NCBI GenBank assembly: GCA_003553505.1
Contig: PWEN01000042.1
Span: forward strand, 1-62,876
Length of the DNA: 62,876 nt
From: Candidatus Nealsonbacteria bacterium
GTDB taxonomy: Bacteria; Patescibacteriota; Minisyncoccia; Minisyncoccales; PWPS01
Reading direction: 5' to 3'
The first letter of the stretch is position 1, and every line of letters starts with the position of its first letter. The notes beneath the pieces were generated by a model. That model did not search any database and was not told the DNA's origin. It saw only the letters and a list, made by a program, of their open reading frames with translations. Shown piece by piece: positions 9,457 through 18,821 of this stretch. Made by a program: the position numbers and the translations under genes.

Positions 9457-10682
9457 AGAATCTACTCAAGCTGGCATTAAAACTTGTCACAAAACTGGTA
9501 ATAAAAAGGTATGATCCTTACATCATTGCTATTACCGGTACTGTGGGAAAGACATCCACAAAGGAGGCTATGGTTGCTGTCTTGTCGGATAAGTTTAATA
9601 CAAGAGGTAGTGCGGGAAATCTTAATACGGAGTTTGGTGCACCGCTTGTTTTTTTGAAGCAGGGCAAGGCGGGTGAGAGCTATTTGGAATGGGCGAGTAT
9701 ACTTTTAAAAGGCGTATCACTTTTAGTGTTTCGTGACAAAGATTATCCGGAAATTATTGTCTCTGAGATCGCTGCTGATAAGCCGGGGGACATAGAGTAT
9801 CTTTGCAGCGTGATAAAGCCCCATATTTCTGTTATCACTGCCGTAGGAGAGGTTCCTGTGCATGTAGAGTTCTATAATAGCGTGGAAGAAGTAGCAAAAG
9901 AAAAAGCAAAGCTTGCTTTTGCTGCAAAGGATAACGTTTTTCTTTGCTTTGATGACCCACTTGTAAGAGAGATGGGAGAGGGGATAACATTTGGATTTGA
10001 AAAAGAGGCTGACGTATACATTCATAGCTTTGAACACACCCAAAAAGGGGTGAGTTTTGCAATCTCACACAATAAAAAAGATCACAGATTTCATCTTCCT
10101 CTTATAGGAAAGCCTGCTGCTTACTCTTTTGCTGCTGCTTTTGCGGTAGCGTCTTATCTTGGGCTTGAAGACATCTCTTCTGATAACATATTTTCTCCAC
10201 CGGGCAGAATGTCACTTCTGGAAGGAATAAAAGAAACGATGATAATAGATGGCAGCTATAATGCTGCCCCTGCCTCAGTTTTTTCCGCGCTGGAGTGTCT
10301 TGAGGATTTTCCTGCAAAAAGAAGATTGGCGGTTCTCGGTGATATGTTAGAGCTCGGCGAGCACTCATTGGATCAGCATCGCAAGGTGGGAGAAAGAGCA
10401 AGGTCGGTTTGCGATATTGTTATCTCCGTGGGAGAGCTTTCCCGAGAGATGAATAGTGACTATCACTTTCAAAGATCGGAGGATGTTGCTTCTTTTTTAC
10501 CCGATGTTATAAAGAAAGGAGATGTAGTCCTTGTAAAAGGTTCGCAGAGTATTCGTACGGAAAAAGTTGTTTACAGTATCATGAAATATCCCCAAAAAGC
10601 GGAAAAGCTTTTGGTTCGCCAAACATCTTATTGGAGAAAAAAGGATGAGCAAAAAGAAGCTGAGAAAAAAACATACCGTTAA
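9453..10682 (+). CDS. murF: UDP-MurNAc-tripeptide--D-Ala-D-Ala ligase
   Basis: ITGTVGKTSTK, NTEFG.P, DGSYNA.P.S, VLGDMLELG, LVKGSQ; ATG 9453 overlaps femX stop. Confidence 0.92.
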   Translation: MKNLLKLALKLVTKLVIKRYDPYIIAITGTVGKTSTKEAMVAVLSDKFNTRGSAGNLNTEFGAPLVFLKQGKAGESYLEWASILLKGVSLLVFRDKDYPEIIVSEIAADKPGDIEYLCSVIKPHISVITAVGEVPVHVEFYNSVEEVAKEKAKLAFAAKDNVFLCFDDPLVREMGEGITFGFEKEADVYIHSFEHTQKGVSFAISHNKKDHRFHLPLIGKPAAYSFAAAFAVASYLGLEDISSDNIFSPPGRMSLLEGIKETMIIDGSYNAAPASVFSALECLEDFPAKRRLAVLGDMLELGEHSLDQHRKVGERARSVCDIVISVGELSREMNSDYHFQRSEDVASFLPDVIKKGDVVLVKGSQSIRTEKVVYSIMKYPQKAEKLLVRQTSYWRKKDEQKEAEKKTYR

Positions 10683-11412
10683 AAAAAGAACGCCTTTTTG
10701 GAAGAAACCCTTTTTACAAGGAGTGTTTCTGATTTTACTTTTTATTTGTATTGTTTTTTATTTTTTCTTTCTTGAAACTTATTTCTATGTTGCTGATGTG
10801 CGTGTCAAGGGAGTAGAGTGGATATCTCAGGAAAGATTAGAGCAGATAAGAGAGGATCATGTAAAGAGAGATCTTTTCTTTACTTATTCTTATAGCACAT
10901 TTCTTGTGCCTCTTTATAAAATAGAAGGTGAGATAAAAGAGGACTTTTATAAGGTAAAAAGTGTTGATGCGCGAAGAGTATTTCCGGATATTATAGAGAT
11001 AAAGATTGAAGAAAGAGAGCCACGCGTAAACTGGTGTGAAGAGGATGTTTGTTTTAAGGTTGATAGTGAAGGAGTTGTCTTTGAAGAAGGAAAAAGAGGG
11101 GGGATAGTTTTTTACAAAGACTCCAATGCAGCTCTTGGAGAGAGAGTTGTTTCAGAAGAAAAGATACGCTTCATGGAAGAGACGGCAAAACTTCTTTCCG
11201 AGATTGATATAAAGACTGATTCTTTTTATGTTCGCTCCAAAGACAGGGTGGATGTGCTAACCGTGGAAGGGTGGAGTGCTTATTTTCTTTTTAGTGATAA
11301 TGTAGAACGACAGATAGACAACTTGAATATAATATTGGATCAGAAGATAGATGACAAGAGTGACTTGGAGTACATAGATCTGCGTTATGGGGATGCCGTT
11401 TATTTTAGATAA
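10645..11412 (+). CDS. ftsQ: Cell division protein FtsQ/DivIB
   Basis: Basic N-terminus, TM, POTRA-like segment, FPD...I.ERE P, C-terminal YIDLR. Confidence 0.85.
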   Translation: MSKKKLRKKHTVKKRTPFWKKPFLQGVFLILLFICIVFYFFFLETYFYVADVRVKGVEWISQERLEQIREDHVKRDLFFTYSYSTFLVPLYKIEGEIKEDFYKVKSVDARRVFPDIIEIKIEEREPRVNWCEEDVCFKVDSEGVVFEEGKRGGIVFYKDSNAALGERVVSEEKIRFMEETAKLLSEIDIKTDSFYVRSKDRVDVLTVEGWSAYFLFSDNVERQIDNLNIILDQKIDDKSDLEYIDLRYGDAVYFR

Positions 11413-11414
11413 CT

Positions 11415-11441
11415 TTATCACTCTTGACAGAGGAGTGATAA
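11415..11441. promoter_or_regulatory. CIRCE operator variant TTATCACTC-N9-GAGTGATAA
   Basis: Perfect 9-bp inverted repeat with 9-nt spacer directly before hrcA. Confidence 0.9.
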
Positions 11442-11452
11442 TAATTTATCAT
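11424..11452 (+). promoter_or_regulatory. Sigma70 promoter of hrcA operon
   Basis: TTGACA 11424-11429, 17 bp, TATCAT 11447-11452. Confidence 0.8.
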
Positions 11453-11459
11453 TGACCCA

Positions 11460-12173
11460 ATGAATATCACTGAAAGACAGCGAAAGATACTGGAGATAGT
11501 GATAAGAGAGCATATAGAGAGTGCTTGTCCGATAAGCTCTAAGTTTCTGGAGGAGAAGTACGACTTGGGGGTTTCTCCAGCAACTATCCGTAACGAGATG
11601 CAGGATTTGATAGAGAGAGGATATCTTTATCAGCCGCACACTTCCGCGGGAAGGGTGCCTACCGATAAAGGATATCGTTTTCTTGTTGATATTTACAAGA
11701 AAGACATGGATCTGATTGACAAGAGAATAGAAAGAGAGATAAGAAAGATAAGAAAAGAGATAGAGAACGAGCTCTCGTTTGTAAGAGAGTTTACGCGTTT
11801 TATGGCGCAAAGTTCTTCCAAACTGACTATTTCTTATCTTAAAAAAGAAGGGGTTGTGATGAAGGAGGGGTGGTCTTTTGTGTTGAGTGATCCGGAGTTT
11901 GATGATGCGGAAAAGATACGTGGATTTGCAAAAATGGTTTCTGAGATGGAGGACAACATTGATAAGTTGCACTGTGGCGACCGTTCTTTGAAGGTTTATA
12001 TAGGAGGCGAATCCCCATTTAATGGCAGGCATGATTTTGCGATCATGATCTCTCCTTACTTTTCCAAGAGAAGAAAAAAAGGATTTTTTGCTATAATGGG
12101 CCCCAAGAGAATGGATTACGACAAAAATATGCGCCTTGTAAGCTCTATTACAAAGTTTTTAAGAGAGATTTAG
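11460..12173 (+). CDS. hrcA: Heat-inducible repressor HrcA (short form)
   Basis: SPATIRNEM, QPHTSAGRVPT.KGYR, GPKRMDY. Confidence 0.94.
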   Translation: MNITERQRKILEIVIREHIESACPISSKFLEEKYDLGVSPATIRNEMQDLIERGYLYQPHTSAGRVPTDKGYRFLVDIYKKDMDLIDKRIEREIRKIRKEIENELSFVREFTRFMAQSSSKLTISYLKKEGVVMKEGWSFVLSDPEFDDAEKIRGFAKMVSEMEDNIDKLHCGDRSLKVYIGGESPFNGRHDFAIMISPYFSKRRKKGFFAIMGPKRMDYDKNMRLVSSITKFLREI

Positions 12174-12177
12174 TTTT

Positions 12178-12648
12178 ATGGAGAAAAAAAAGAAGTCTTC
12201 TGTTAGTAAAAAACTGGAAGAGTGTGAAAAAGAGAAAGAGGAGTACCTTTACGGGTGGAAAAAAGCAAAAGCGGACCTTATAAACTACAAAAAAGAGGAG
12301 GCTTCCCGTGCAGAGTCCTTATTAAAAGAAAAAAAGAGAGGAATAATTTTGAGAGTAGTGTCTGTTATGGACAGTTTTGATCGTGCGGTAGAAGAAGCAG
12401 AAAGGAAGGAAGACTCTTTTTATGAGGGATTCTTAAATATAAAAAAACAAATGGAGGACGTTTTAAAAAAAGAGGGAGTAGAGGCGATCAGCTCACTGGG
12501 TGAGGAGTTTGACCCCTCTTTTCATGAAGTGGTAGAGATGATAGAGAAAGAAGGTGTGGAAAGTGGAACAGTGGTAGAGGAGGTTCAAAAAGGATACAAA
12601 ATGGATGGAGAACTGATACGTCCTTCAAAGGTAAAGGTTGCTTTATAA
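12178..12648 (+). CDS. grpE: Nucleotide exchange factor GrpE
   Basis: ADLINYKK, FDP..HE, QKGY.....IRP.KV.V. Confidence 0.94.
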   Translation: MEKKKKSSVSKKLEECEKEKEEYLYGWKKAKADLINYKKEEASRAESLLKEKKRGIILRVVSVMDSFDRAVEEAERKEDSFYEGFLNIKKQMEDVLKKEGVEAISSLGEEFDPSFHEVVEMIEKEGVESGTVVEEVQKGYKMDGELIRPSKVKVAL

Positions 12649-12669
12649 GTTAATTAATTAAAAAGTCTT

Positions 12670-14568
12670 ATGGGAAAAACAATTGGAATAGATCTAGGAA
12701 CAACATTCTCTGCGATGGCAATTGTAGCTTCCGGAGAACCAAAGATCATAGAAAACAAAGAAGGATCAAGAACAACTCCTTCCGTGGTTGCGATGAGTAA
12801 GAAGGGAGAGCGTCTAATTGGAACGATAGCGAGACGTCAGCAGGTAACAAATCCCGAGAACACCATATTTGCAACCAAAAGGCTTATAGGTAGAAGGTTT
12901 GATGATCCCGTTGTGCAGAAAAGCAAGAACAATCTTCCTTATCACATAAGAAAAGAGGAAAAAGGAGAAGGGGTAGAGATTCAGTTAGGTGATAAGTGGT
13001 ATAAGACGGCTGAAGTTTCGGCCATGATACTGCAGAAGCTAAAAAAGGATGCGGAAGAAAAACTTGGTGAGAAGGTGACAGATGCGGTTATTACATGCCC
13101 TGCTTACTTTGATGATTCACAAAGGAAAGAAACTAAGGTGGCAGGAGAGATAGCGGGATTTAATGTAGAAAGGGTTATAAATGAACCCACTGCTGCTGCT
13201 CTTGCTTATGGCTTGAATCGTAGAAAAGATGAGCAGATAGTTGTGTATGACTTTGGAGGAGGAACTTTTGATGTTTCTGTACTTGATGTAGGAGACGACA
13301 CAATAGAAGTAAAGTCTACCGGTGGTGATAGTTATCTTGGAGGAGAAGATTTTGATGAAGAGATAGTTTCCTGGCTCATAGAGCAGTTTAAGCATGATAA
13401 CGGTATAGATCTTGGAAAGGATCGTCTTGCTTTGCAGAGACTAAAAGAGGAGGCGGAGAAAGCGAAAAAAGAGTTGTCTACTACTATGGAAACGGAGATA
13501 AACATTCCTTTTGTGACCTCTGATGAGTCCGGACCGAGACATCTTAACTATTCTCTTTCGCGATCCAAGTTCGAGTCTCTTGTGGAGAAGCACATTGATC
13601 GCTCCATAGAGATCACAAAGCAGGTTATTGAAGACGCGGGACTCAAGGTGGAGGACATAGATGAAGTCGTTCTTGTGGGTGGACAAACAAGAATTCCAAA
13701 GATACATGAAAAGGTAAGTAATGTTTTTGGAAAAGAGCCAAACAAGGAGATAAATCCTGATGAAGTTGTTGCCATAGGAGCTGCGATTCAAGGAGAGATA
13801 CTTTCTGCCAAAAAAGAAGGAAGGAAGCCAGAAGGAGAGATGAAGGACATACTTCTGATCGATGTTATTCCTTTATCTTTAGGTATTGAGACACTTGGAG
13901 GAAGAAACACTGTTCTTATAGAAAAGAATTCCGCCATACCGGCATCCAAAACAGAAGTATTTTCTACGGCGACTGACAATCAAACGCAGGTTCAGATAAA
14001 TGTACTTCAAGGAGAAAGACCTATGGCAAGCGACAACAAGTCACTTGGCACCTTTGTGCTTGACGGCATTCCTCCTTCTCCTAAAGGAGTTCCGCAAATA
14101 GAGGTTACCTTTGACATTGATGCAAGCGGTATATTGAATGTTTCTGCAAAAGATAAGGGAACCGGCAAAAGTCAATCTATTCGTATAGAGGGCTCTGTGG
14201 GTGTTTCTGATGAAGAAGTAGAGAGGATGAAAAAAGAGGCAGAAGAGCACGCAGAAGAGGACAAGAAAAAAGAGGAGTTGGTTGATCTTAGAAATCAAGC
14301 AGAGCAGGTTGTTTATTCTGCAGAAAACACTCTTAAAGAGCACGGCGAAAAGATCTCCAGCGAAAAGAAAGAAGAGCTTGAAAAAGCTAAAAGTGAACTT
14401 CAAGAAGCAAAAGATGGCGAGGATACGCAAAACATAAAAGAGAAGATAGAGCAGCTTTCCACGAAAATGCAGGAGATTGGATCAAGCATCTATGAGGATA
14501 AAGGAGAAGGAGAAAAAGGTGATGGCGAAAACAAGGCAGCGGAAGATGGAGATTATGAAGAAAAATAA
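12670..14568 (+). CDS. dnaK: Chaperone DnaK
   Basis: [38 protein letters not shown]. Confidence 0.98.
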   Translation: MGKTIGIDLGTTFSAMAIVASGEPKIIENKEGSRTTPSVVAMSKKGERLIGTIARRQQVTNPENTIFATKRLIGRRFDDPVVQKSKNNLPYHIRKEEKGEGVEIQLGDKWYKTAEVSAMILQKLKKDAEEKLGEKVTDAVITCPAYFDDSQRKETKVAGEIAGFNVERVINEPTAAALAYGLNRRKDEQIVVYDFGGGTFDVSVLDVGDDTIEVKSTGGDSYLGGEDFDEEIVSWLIEQFKHDNGIDLGKDRLALQRLKEEAEKAKKELSTTMETEINIPFVTSDESGPRHLNYSLSRSKFESLVEKHIDRSIEITKQVIEDAGLKVEDIDEVVLVGGQTRIPKIHEKVSNVFGKEPNKEINPDEVVAIGAAIQGEILSAKKEGRKPEGEMKDILLIDVIPLSLGIETLGGRNTVLIEKNSAIPASKTEVFSTATDNQTQVQINVLQGERPMASDNKSLGTFVLDGIPPSPKGVPQIEVTFDIDASGILNVSAKDKGTGKSQSIRIEGSVGVSDEEVERMKKEAEEHAEEDKKKEELVDLRNQAEQVVYSAENTLKEHGEKISSEKKEELEKAKSELQEAKDGEDTQNIKEKIEQLSTKMQEIGSSIYEDKGEGEKGDGENKAAEDGDYEEK

Positions 14569-14571
14569 CCT

Positions 14572-15606
14572 ATGGAAGATTACTACGAGATATTGGGAGT
14601 TTCGAAAAATTCTTCCAAGGAAGAGATAAAAAAAGCTTACAGAAAGCTGGCGCACAAATATCATCCTGACAAGAAAGAAGGTGATGAGCAAAAGTTCAAG
14701 AAAGTGAATGAAGCATATCAGGTATTATCCGATGATAAGAAGCGTCAACAGTACGATAATTTTGGAACTTCCGGCGGAAGCGCGTCAGGGTTTGGAGGGT
14801 TTTCTTCCTCCGACTTTGGCTTTGAAGACATGGGAGACATCTTTGAGGAGATGTTTGGGTTCGGAAGAAGGCAATCAAGAAAGGGCAGGGGAGAGGATAT
14901 AAGAATAGAGGTTTCTATATCTCTTGAGGAAGCAATGACGGGGAAAGACCGTCTTGTTTCTATTTACAAGTTTGTTCCTTGTTCTTCTTGTTCTTCTTCC
15001 GGAGTTGCTCCCGGTTCTGGTAAAAAGGCGTGCACGCAGTGTAAGGGTAGTGGAAGAGTGCAAAAGAGTGTGTTGGGAACTTTTTCTACTGTGATTGCCT
15101 GTCCGGACTGTGCAGGAGAAGGTGAGATTCCTGAAAAAGAGTGTACGCAGTGCAAAGGAGAAGGAAGGGCAAAGAAAAAAGAGGATGTGGAGTTCTCTAT
15201 TCCTGCGGGAATAAGTTCCGGTCAAACTTTGCGTGTGCCGGGAAAGGGAAATGCGGGAAAAAAGGGGACACAACCAGGGGATCTTCTCGTAGATGTCTTA
15301 GTGGAAAAACACTCTTTCTTTAGACAAGAGGGAGAGGATCTTTACTGTTCTGTTTTTGTTCCTTATACAGACGTTGTCTTGGGTGGAAAAGTTGATATAA
15401 CTCTTTTGTCGGGAAAGACAATATCTCTCAAGATACCTGCAGGCACAACTCCCGGAAAAGTAATGCGCATATCCGGAAAAGGGTTGCCGCGTCTTTCGGG
15501 TTATGGTTATGGTGATCTTTATGCAGAAATAAATATAAATGTTCCCAAAAAGGTTAATAAAAAACAGAAACAGATCCTTGAAGAGCTTAAAAAAGAAGGG
15601 ATTTAA
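14572..15606 (+). CDS. dnaJ: Chaperone DnaJ
   Basis: J domain with HPD, four CxxCxGxG-type repeats. Confidence 0.96.
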   Translation: MEDYYEILGVSKNSSKEEIKKAYRKLAHKYHPDKKEGDEQKFKKVNEAYQVLSDDKKRQQYDNFGTSGGSASGFGGFSSSDFGFEDMGDIFEEMFGFGRRQSRKGRGEDIRIEVSISLEEAMTGKDRLVSIYKFVPCSSCSSSGVAPGSGKKACTQCKGSGRVQKSVLGTFSTVIACPDCAGEGEIPEKECTQCKGEGRAKKKEDVEFSIPAGISSGQTLRVPGKGNAGKKGTQPGDLLVDVLVEKHSFFRQEGEDLYCSVFVPYTDVVLGGKVDITLLSGKTISLKIPAGTTPGKVMRISGKGLPRLSGYGYGDLYAEININVPKKVNKKQKQILEELKKEGI

Positions 15607-15643
15607 TTGACTTTTACATAAATATAGATAAAATAGTGGCTAT

Positions 15644-15715
15644 GCGCCCGTAGCTCAAAGGTAGAGCAGTTGCCTTTTAAGCAAACGGCTGTAGGTTCGA
15701 GTCCTACCGGGCGCA
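15644..15715 (+). tRNA. tRNA-Lys(TTT); CCA not encoded
   Basis: Acceptor GCGCCCG/CGGGCGC, D arm GCTC/GAGC, anticodon TTT 15676-15678, T loop TTCGAGT; preceded by TTGACT...TAAAAT. Confidence 0.93.
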
Positions 15716-15739
15716 CAATTAATTACAAGAAAAAAACTC

Positions 15740-15768
15740 TTGATTTTTTTTATTTAATATGCCATAAT
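15740..15768 (+). promoter_or_regulatory. Putative promoter TTGATT-17-CATAAT
   Basis: Consensus-like boxes and spacing before the 15800 gene. Confidence 0.6.
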
Positions 15769-15799
15769 ATCAGAAAAGTTCTTTACACAAGGAGGTGTT

Positions 15800-16066
15800 A
15801 TGAAAAAATCACTGCCTCTACTGCTAATCGTTGTCTTGTTTGTTGCGGGGTGTGCGGCAGGGCCGAACACTGTCGTAAGTACTCCTGCTGCAGATGGCGA
15901 TGTAGCGGGGTTTTGGCACGGACTATGGCACGGGCTGATTGCTCCAATTACCTTTGTTGTTTCACTTTTAAGTGAAAACGTGAACATATATGAAGTTCAC
16001 AACAATGGTAATTGGTATAACTTAGGTTTTTTAATGGGAGCAAGTGTTTACCTTTACGGAAGGTGA
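15800..16066 (+). CDS. Small putative lipoprotein, hypothetical
   Basis: Lipobox VAG-C; GFW.GLWHG.I.P...IYEVHNNG.WY..GF motif; AGGAGG at 15790. Confidence 0.8.
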   Translation: MKKSLPLLLIVVLFVAGCAAGPNTVVSTPAADGDVAGFWHGLWHGLIAPITFVVSLLSENVNIYEVHNNGNWYNLGFLMGASVYLYGR

Positions 16067-16077
16067 AAGGAGGAGAA

Positions 16078-16635
16078 ATGAAAGCCAGAGAGATGGAAAC
16101 GAAATTGGTCCTTTTGCAGTTTACCACTGCGAACAAAAACCTTATTGCGGAAAATATTCGCTATAAGGGGTTTGATTCCCCTCAAAAGAAGGGGAAAAAG
16201 AACGGCGAGCAAAACGTAGAGGCAGAAGAAGCTTGCCTCCTCGACCTCATAGCAGAGGTCGAGAAAAAAGGTTATAGAGTGATCGACACGTTTTACAAGA
16301 AGCGCGTCAACCCTCAGTCCGTAAAGAGATGTTACTATGCAGTAACGTTTATTTATGGACTTGAAGGAGAAGAAGATCATCAGCACCGTGAGGCGTTGAT
16401 GACGCTTTGCAAAAATTCTCTTTGGAACGTAAGGGTTTATTACAACCCCTACTTCCAAAAAGGAAAAAAAGTCCCTGGCGCTTGCGCGGTTAGCGTAAAC
16501 GCTAGGATGAGAACACCTCTATTTAGGCCAAATGGTGAACCTGTGACTGTTTGGCCTAAAGACAGAAATGGGAACAGGGTTGGAGAGCACCCTCTTCCCA
16601 AAGGTCCCAAGAATATAATTACTTTAAATTCCTAG
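16078..16635 (+). CDS. Hypothetical protein (185 aa)
   Basis: Open frame with AGGAGG before ATG 16078; terminator follows. Confidence 0.75.
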   Translation: MKAREMETKLVLLQFTTANKNLIAENIRYKGFDSPQKKGKKNGEQNVEAEEACLLDLIAEVEKKGYRVIDTFYKKRVNPQSVKRCYYAVTFIYGLEGEEDHQHREALMTLCKNSLWNVRVYYNPYFQKGKKVPGACAVSVNARMRTPLFRPNGEPVTVWPKDRNGNRVGEHPLPKGPKNIITLNS

Positions 16636-16639
16636 GACA

Positions 16640-16680
16640 AAGTCCCGTTCAAAAGCTATGCTTTTGTTCGGGACTTTTTT
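16640..16680 (+). terminator. Intrinsic terminator
   Basis: AAGTCCCG/CGGGACTT stem with T tract. Confidence 0.75.
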
Positions 16681-16718
16681 ATGTTATTGTTTTTGTTAGC
16701 ACATTTCATGGAAAGGAG

Positions 16719-17198
16719 GTGATGGAGATGATGTTCTTGGAAGTCAAAATGATCCGCAAGAGAGTTTCAGAGTATCTCGACAACGTGGATATCTCAGCAG
16801 AAGAAAGGGAAAGCATAGAGAAGTTATTTTTTTATCTTGAAAAAATAAACAAGTATTGGAATATTTACCCCAAAGATATCTCTGTTTACTTCTCTCTTCC
16901 TCTTGCTTTCTTTTTTATACTTACCTACGATGCGACAACGCTTCTTGCTGGATTTTGGGGATTCTCTGAAACAGAAATTATTGTTGCAAGTCTTGTTTTT
17001 GTTTTTTATGCCTCTCAGTTTCTTGCTAGGTATCTGTTATTTTGCAGTTGCGAAGAACAAAACGATAACATTGAAGTGTTGCTTGAAAAAGAAGGAGAAG
17101 ATTTATTGAAAATATTAAAAGGATGTCAGGAGGGGCATCTTCTTTTAAGAAACGCTGTGCGTGTAAAGGAACCGGTATTCATTGACTGGTTCTTGTGA
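16719..17198 (+). CDS. Hypothetical membrane protein (2 TM; start uncertain 16719-16731)
   Basis: Two hydrophobic segments; AGGAGG upstream. Confidence 0.7.
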   Translation: MMEMMFLEVKMIRKRVSEYLDNVDISAEERESIEKLFFYLEKINKYWNIYPKDISVYFSLPLAFFFILTYDATTLLAGFWGFSETEIIVASLVFVFYASQFLARYLLFCSCEEQNDNIEVLLEKEGEDLLKILKGCQEGHLLLRNAVRVKEPVFIDWFL

Positions 17199-17199
17199 C

Positions 17200-17230
17200 A
17201 AAGCTCCGTTTTTTGCGGAGCTTTCTTATT
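17200..17230 (+). terminator. Intrinsic terminator
   Basis: AAAGCTCCG/CGGAGCTTT stem, T-rich tail. Confidence 0.7.
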
Positions 17231-17257
17231 GAAAAAAAAGACATAATGTTTTATAAT
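17229..17257 (+). promoter_or_regulatory. Putative promoter TTGAAA-17-TATAAT
   Basis: Near-consensus boxes at canonical spacing. Confidence 0.7.
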
Positions 17258-17314
17258 AAAGCTTAAACAGAAGAAAGGAGGGTGTTCTTTAGACATAAAA
17301 CGGAGGAAGAAGAA

Positions 17315-17860
17315 ATGAGAATAAGAGGGAGGATTAACAAAAGTGAAAGATCCTTAGGGGTGCTTGAAAGGAGAGGCTTTCAATTAAGAGAAACAAGAAG
17401 TTCTTTTATAATTGATTTGCCTCCTAAGGCAGATGTAAAAGACGGGTATTATTTGCCCGAAATGGTTAATCCCGTTCTGCTAATCAACCTTGCAGAAAAA
17501 GGGGGAGCAAAAAATGAGATGGGAATAGGAATTGTTGTTGTCGGAGTTACTGGCAAGCCGCTTTATCCGTACTATATTCCTTCAGTGAAAAATCCTTGTG
17601 GGGAGCATGCTTACTTTTCTGCTCCCGAAGCGCTTGTTACGGTTGCTGCTTTTCAGGGTGATGCAGCAGTGATCATCATGAAGCACAGCATAGAAAAGAA
17701 GGAAAATGTTGCTTATATCAAGTCACAGAATATATGGAGTGGCAGGATATTTGCGAAAATAGATCCTTCAATTAAGTGTTTCGAAGGCGCCATAAGGGCA
17801 GCAAAAGAAAAGTCTGAGTGCTACAACTGCACATGTGTGCATTATATGAAATCTTTTTGA
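17315..17860 (+). CDS. Hypothetical protein, paralog A1, C-terminal CxxC-x3-H (alternative GTG start 17282)
   Basis: GGAGG upstream; aligns by eye with the next ORF from MRIRGR onward. Confidence 0.75.
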   Translation: MRIRGRINKSERSLGVLERRGFQLRETRSSFIIDLPPKADVKDGYYLPEMVNPVLLINLAEKGGAKNEMGIGIVVVGVTGKPLYPYYIPSVKNPCGEHAYFSAPEALVTVAAFQGDAAVIIMKHSIEKKENVAYIKSQNIWSGRIFAKIDPSIKCFEGAIRAAKEKSECYNCTCVHYMKSF

Positions 17861-17875
17861 AAAGAAGGAGGAAAA

Positions 17876-18445
17876 ATGAGGTTGGTTGGAAGAGTTACAG
17901 GTGGTGACATGAATACCCTTGAGGCCCTGAGAAGAAAGTGCATCAATGCTAGAGTTTGTAACTCGGCGATTATCTTTGATCTTCCCAGAGAGCGGGGTAA
18001 GTATAAAATTCCCATGAGAAATGCAAAACTGATGATAGAAGCGCAAGATGAAAGGGGAGTTGTCTTCTGTGACTCTAATGGTAATTTTGTTCGCCCTTAT
18101 CGCAAAACAGGGCATAGCACCAACTATTTTTCAATGCAAAAAATGGTATCTGTTCGTGTTTACGCTAAAAATAGCACTGTTTCCTTAAAGGAGCACACTA
18201 TTGCGCGTAATGGGAGTAACGCAGAGATAAGATCTACTCCTATATGGAGTGGAAAGGCACGTACCTTGAAGTGGAAATGCTCTGTCTGTGGATGCATAGA
18301 AGGTTGGAGTGACAGTTGTTGTTGTTCAGGCGAAAAACTGCCCGCCGAACTTTCATTGCCCGGAAAAGTGAAAAAGTTTGAAAAAGCCGTGGTTGCGGCA
18401 AAAATGTTCTCAAAAAGGAGGAGACTATATGAGACATATTATTGA
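17876..18445 (+). CDS. Hypothetical protein, paralog A2, Cys-rich insertion
   Basis: AGGAGG upstream; shares DLP, PY, YFS, IWSG and FE.A..AAK with A1. Confidence 0.75.
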   Translation: MRLVGRVTGGDMNTLEALRRKCINARVCNSAIIFDLPRERGKYKIPMRNAKLMIEAQDERGVVFCDSNGNFVRPYRKTGHSTNYFSMQKMVSVRVYAKNSTVSLKEHTIARNGSNAEIRSTPIWSGKARTLKWKCSVCGCIEGWSDSCCCSGEKLPAELSLPGKVKKFEKAVVAAKMFSKRRRLYETYY

Positions 18446-18779
18446 CAATTTTTTTGCGAATGGCGAGATAAACGAGCTATATATTCCTCTTATGGAAAGA
18501 GAAGAAGCGGCGATGCTTCTCCACGAGATAATTGTACGCTGGGCAAAAGATGTCAAAATATTTTGCTATCAGAGTACGGCTCTTTCGGAAAACGGATGGC
18601 TTTTCGGGTACCACATCACAAAGCGGTGTGATTTTTGTTTAAGATCACAAAAGATGCTGGAGAAAATATTCGGAGACTGCAGAAAATTAGACAAAATGCC
18701 ATTTGTCTTTAAGCAAAACGAGGAGAATGCTCACTTCTTTTTCCTCGGTGACTTAAAAAGTCACTTGAATTTGAAGTAA
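18429..18779 (+). CDS. Hypothetical protein (116 aa, CxxC)
   Basis: AGGAGG before ATG 18429; terminator follows. Confidence 0.65.
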   Translation: MRHIIDNFFANGEINELYIPLMEREEAAMLLHEIIVRWAKDVKIFCYQSTALSENGWLFGYHITKRCDFCLRSQKMLEKIFGDCRKLDKMPFVFKQNEENAHFFFLGDLKSHLNLK

Positions 18780-18783
18780 ACAA

Positions 18784-18814
18784 GCCCCGGCAGCATTGTG
18801 CTGTCGGGGCCTTT
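18784..18814. terminator. Hairpin terminator between convergent genes
   Basis: GCCCCGGCAGCA/TGCTGTCGGGGC 12-bp stem. Confidence 0.8.
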
Positions 18815-18821
18815 AAGCTTC

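Noticed and set aside
11418-12032. 204-aa antisense ORF
   Set aside because: Shadow of hrcA with no recognisable motifs; the same applies to the other antisense and alternate-frame ORFs in the track
15669-15685. tRNA-Lys pseudogene, given a G-A mismatch atop the anticodon stem and no CCA
   Set aside because: All other arms pair, a promoter is present, and CCA is often added enzymatically
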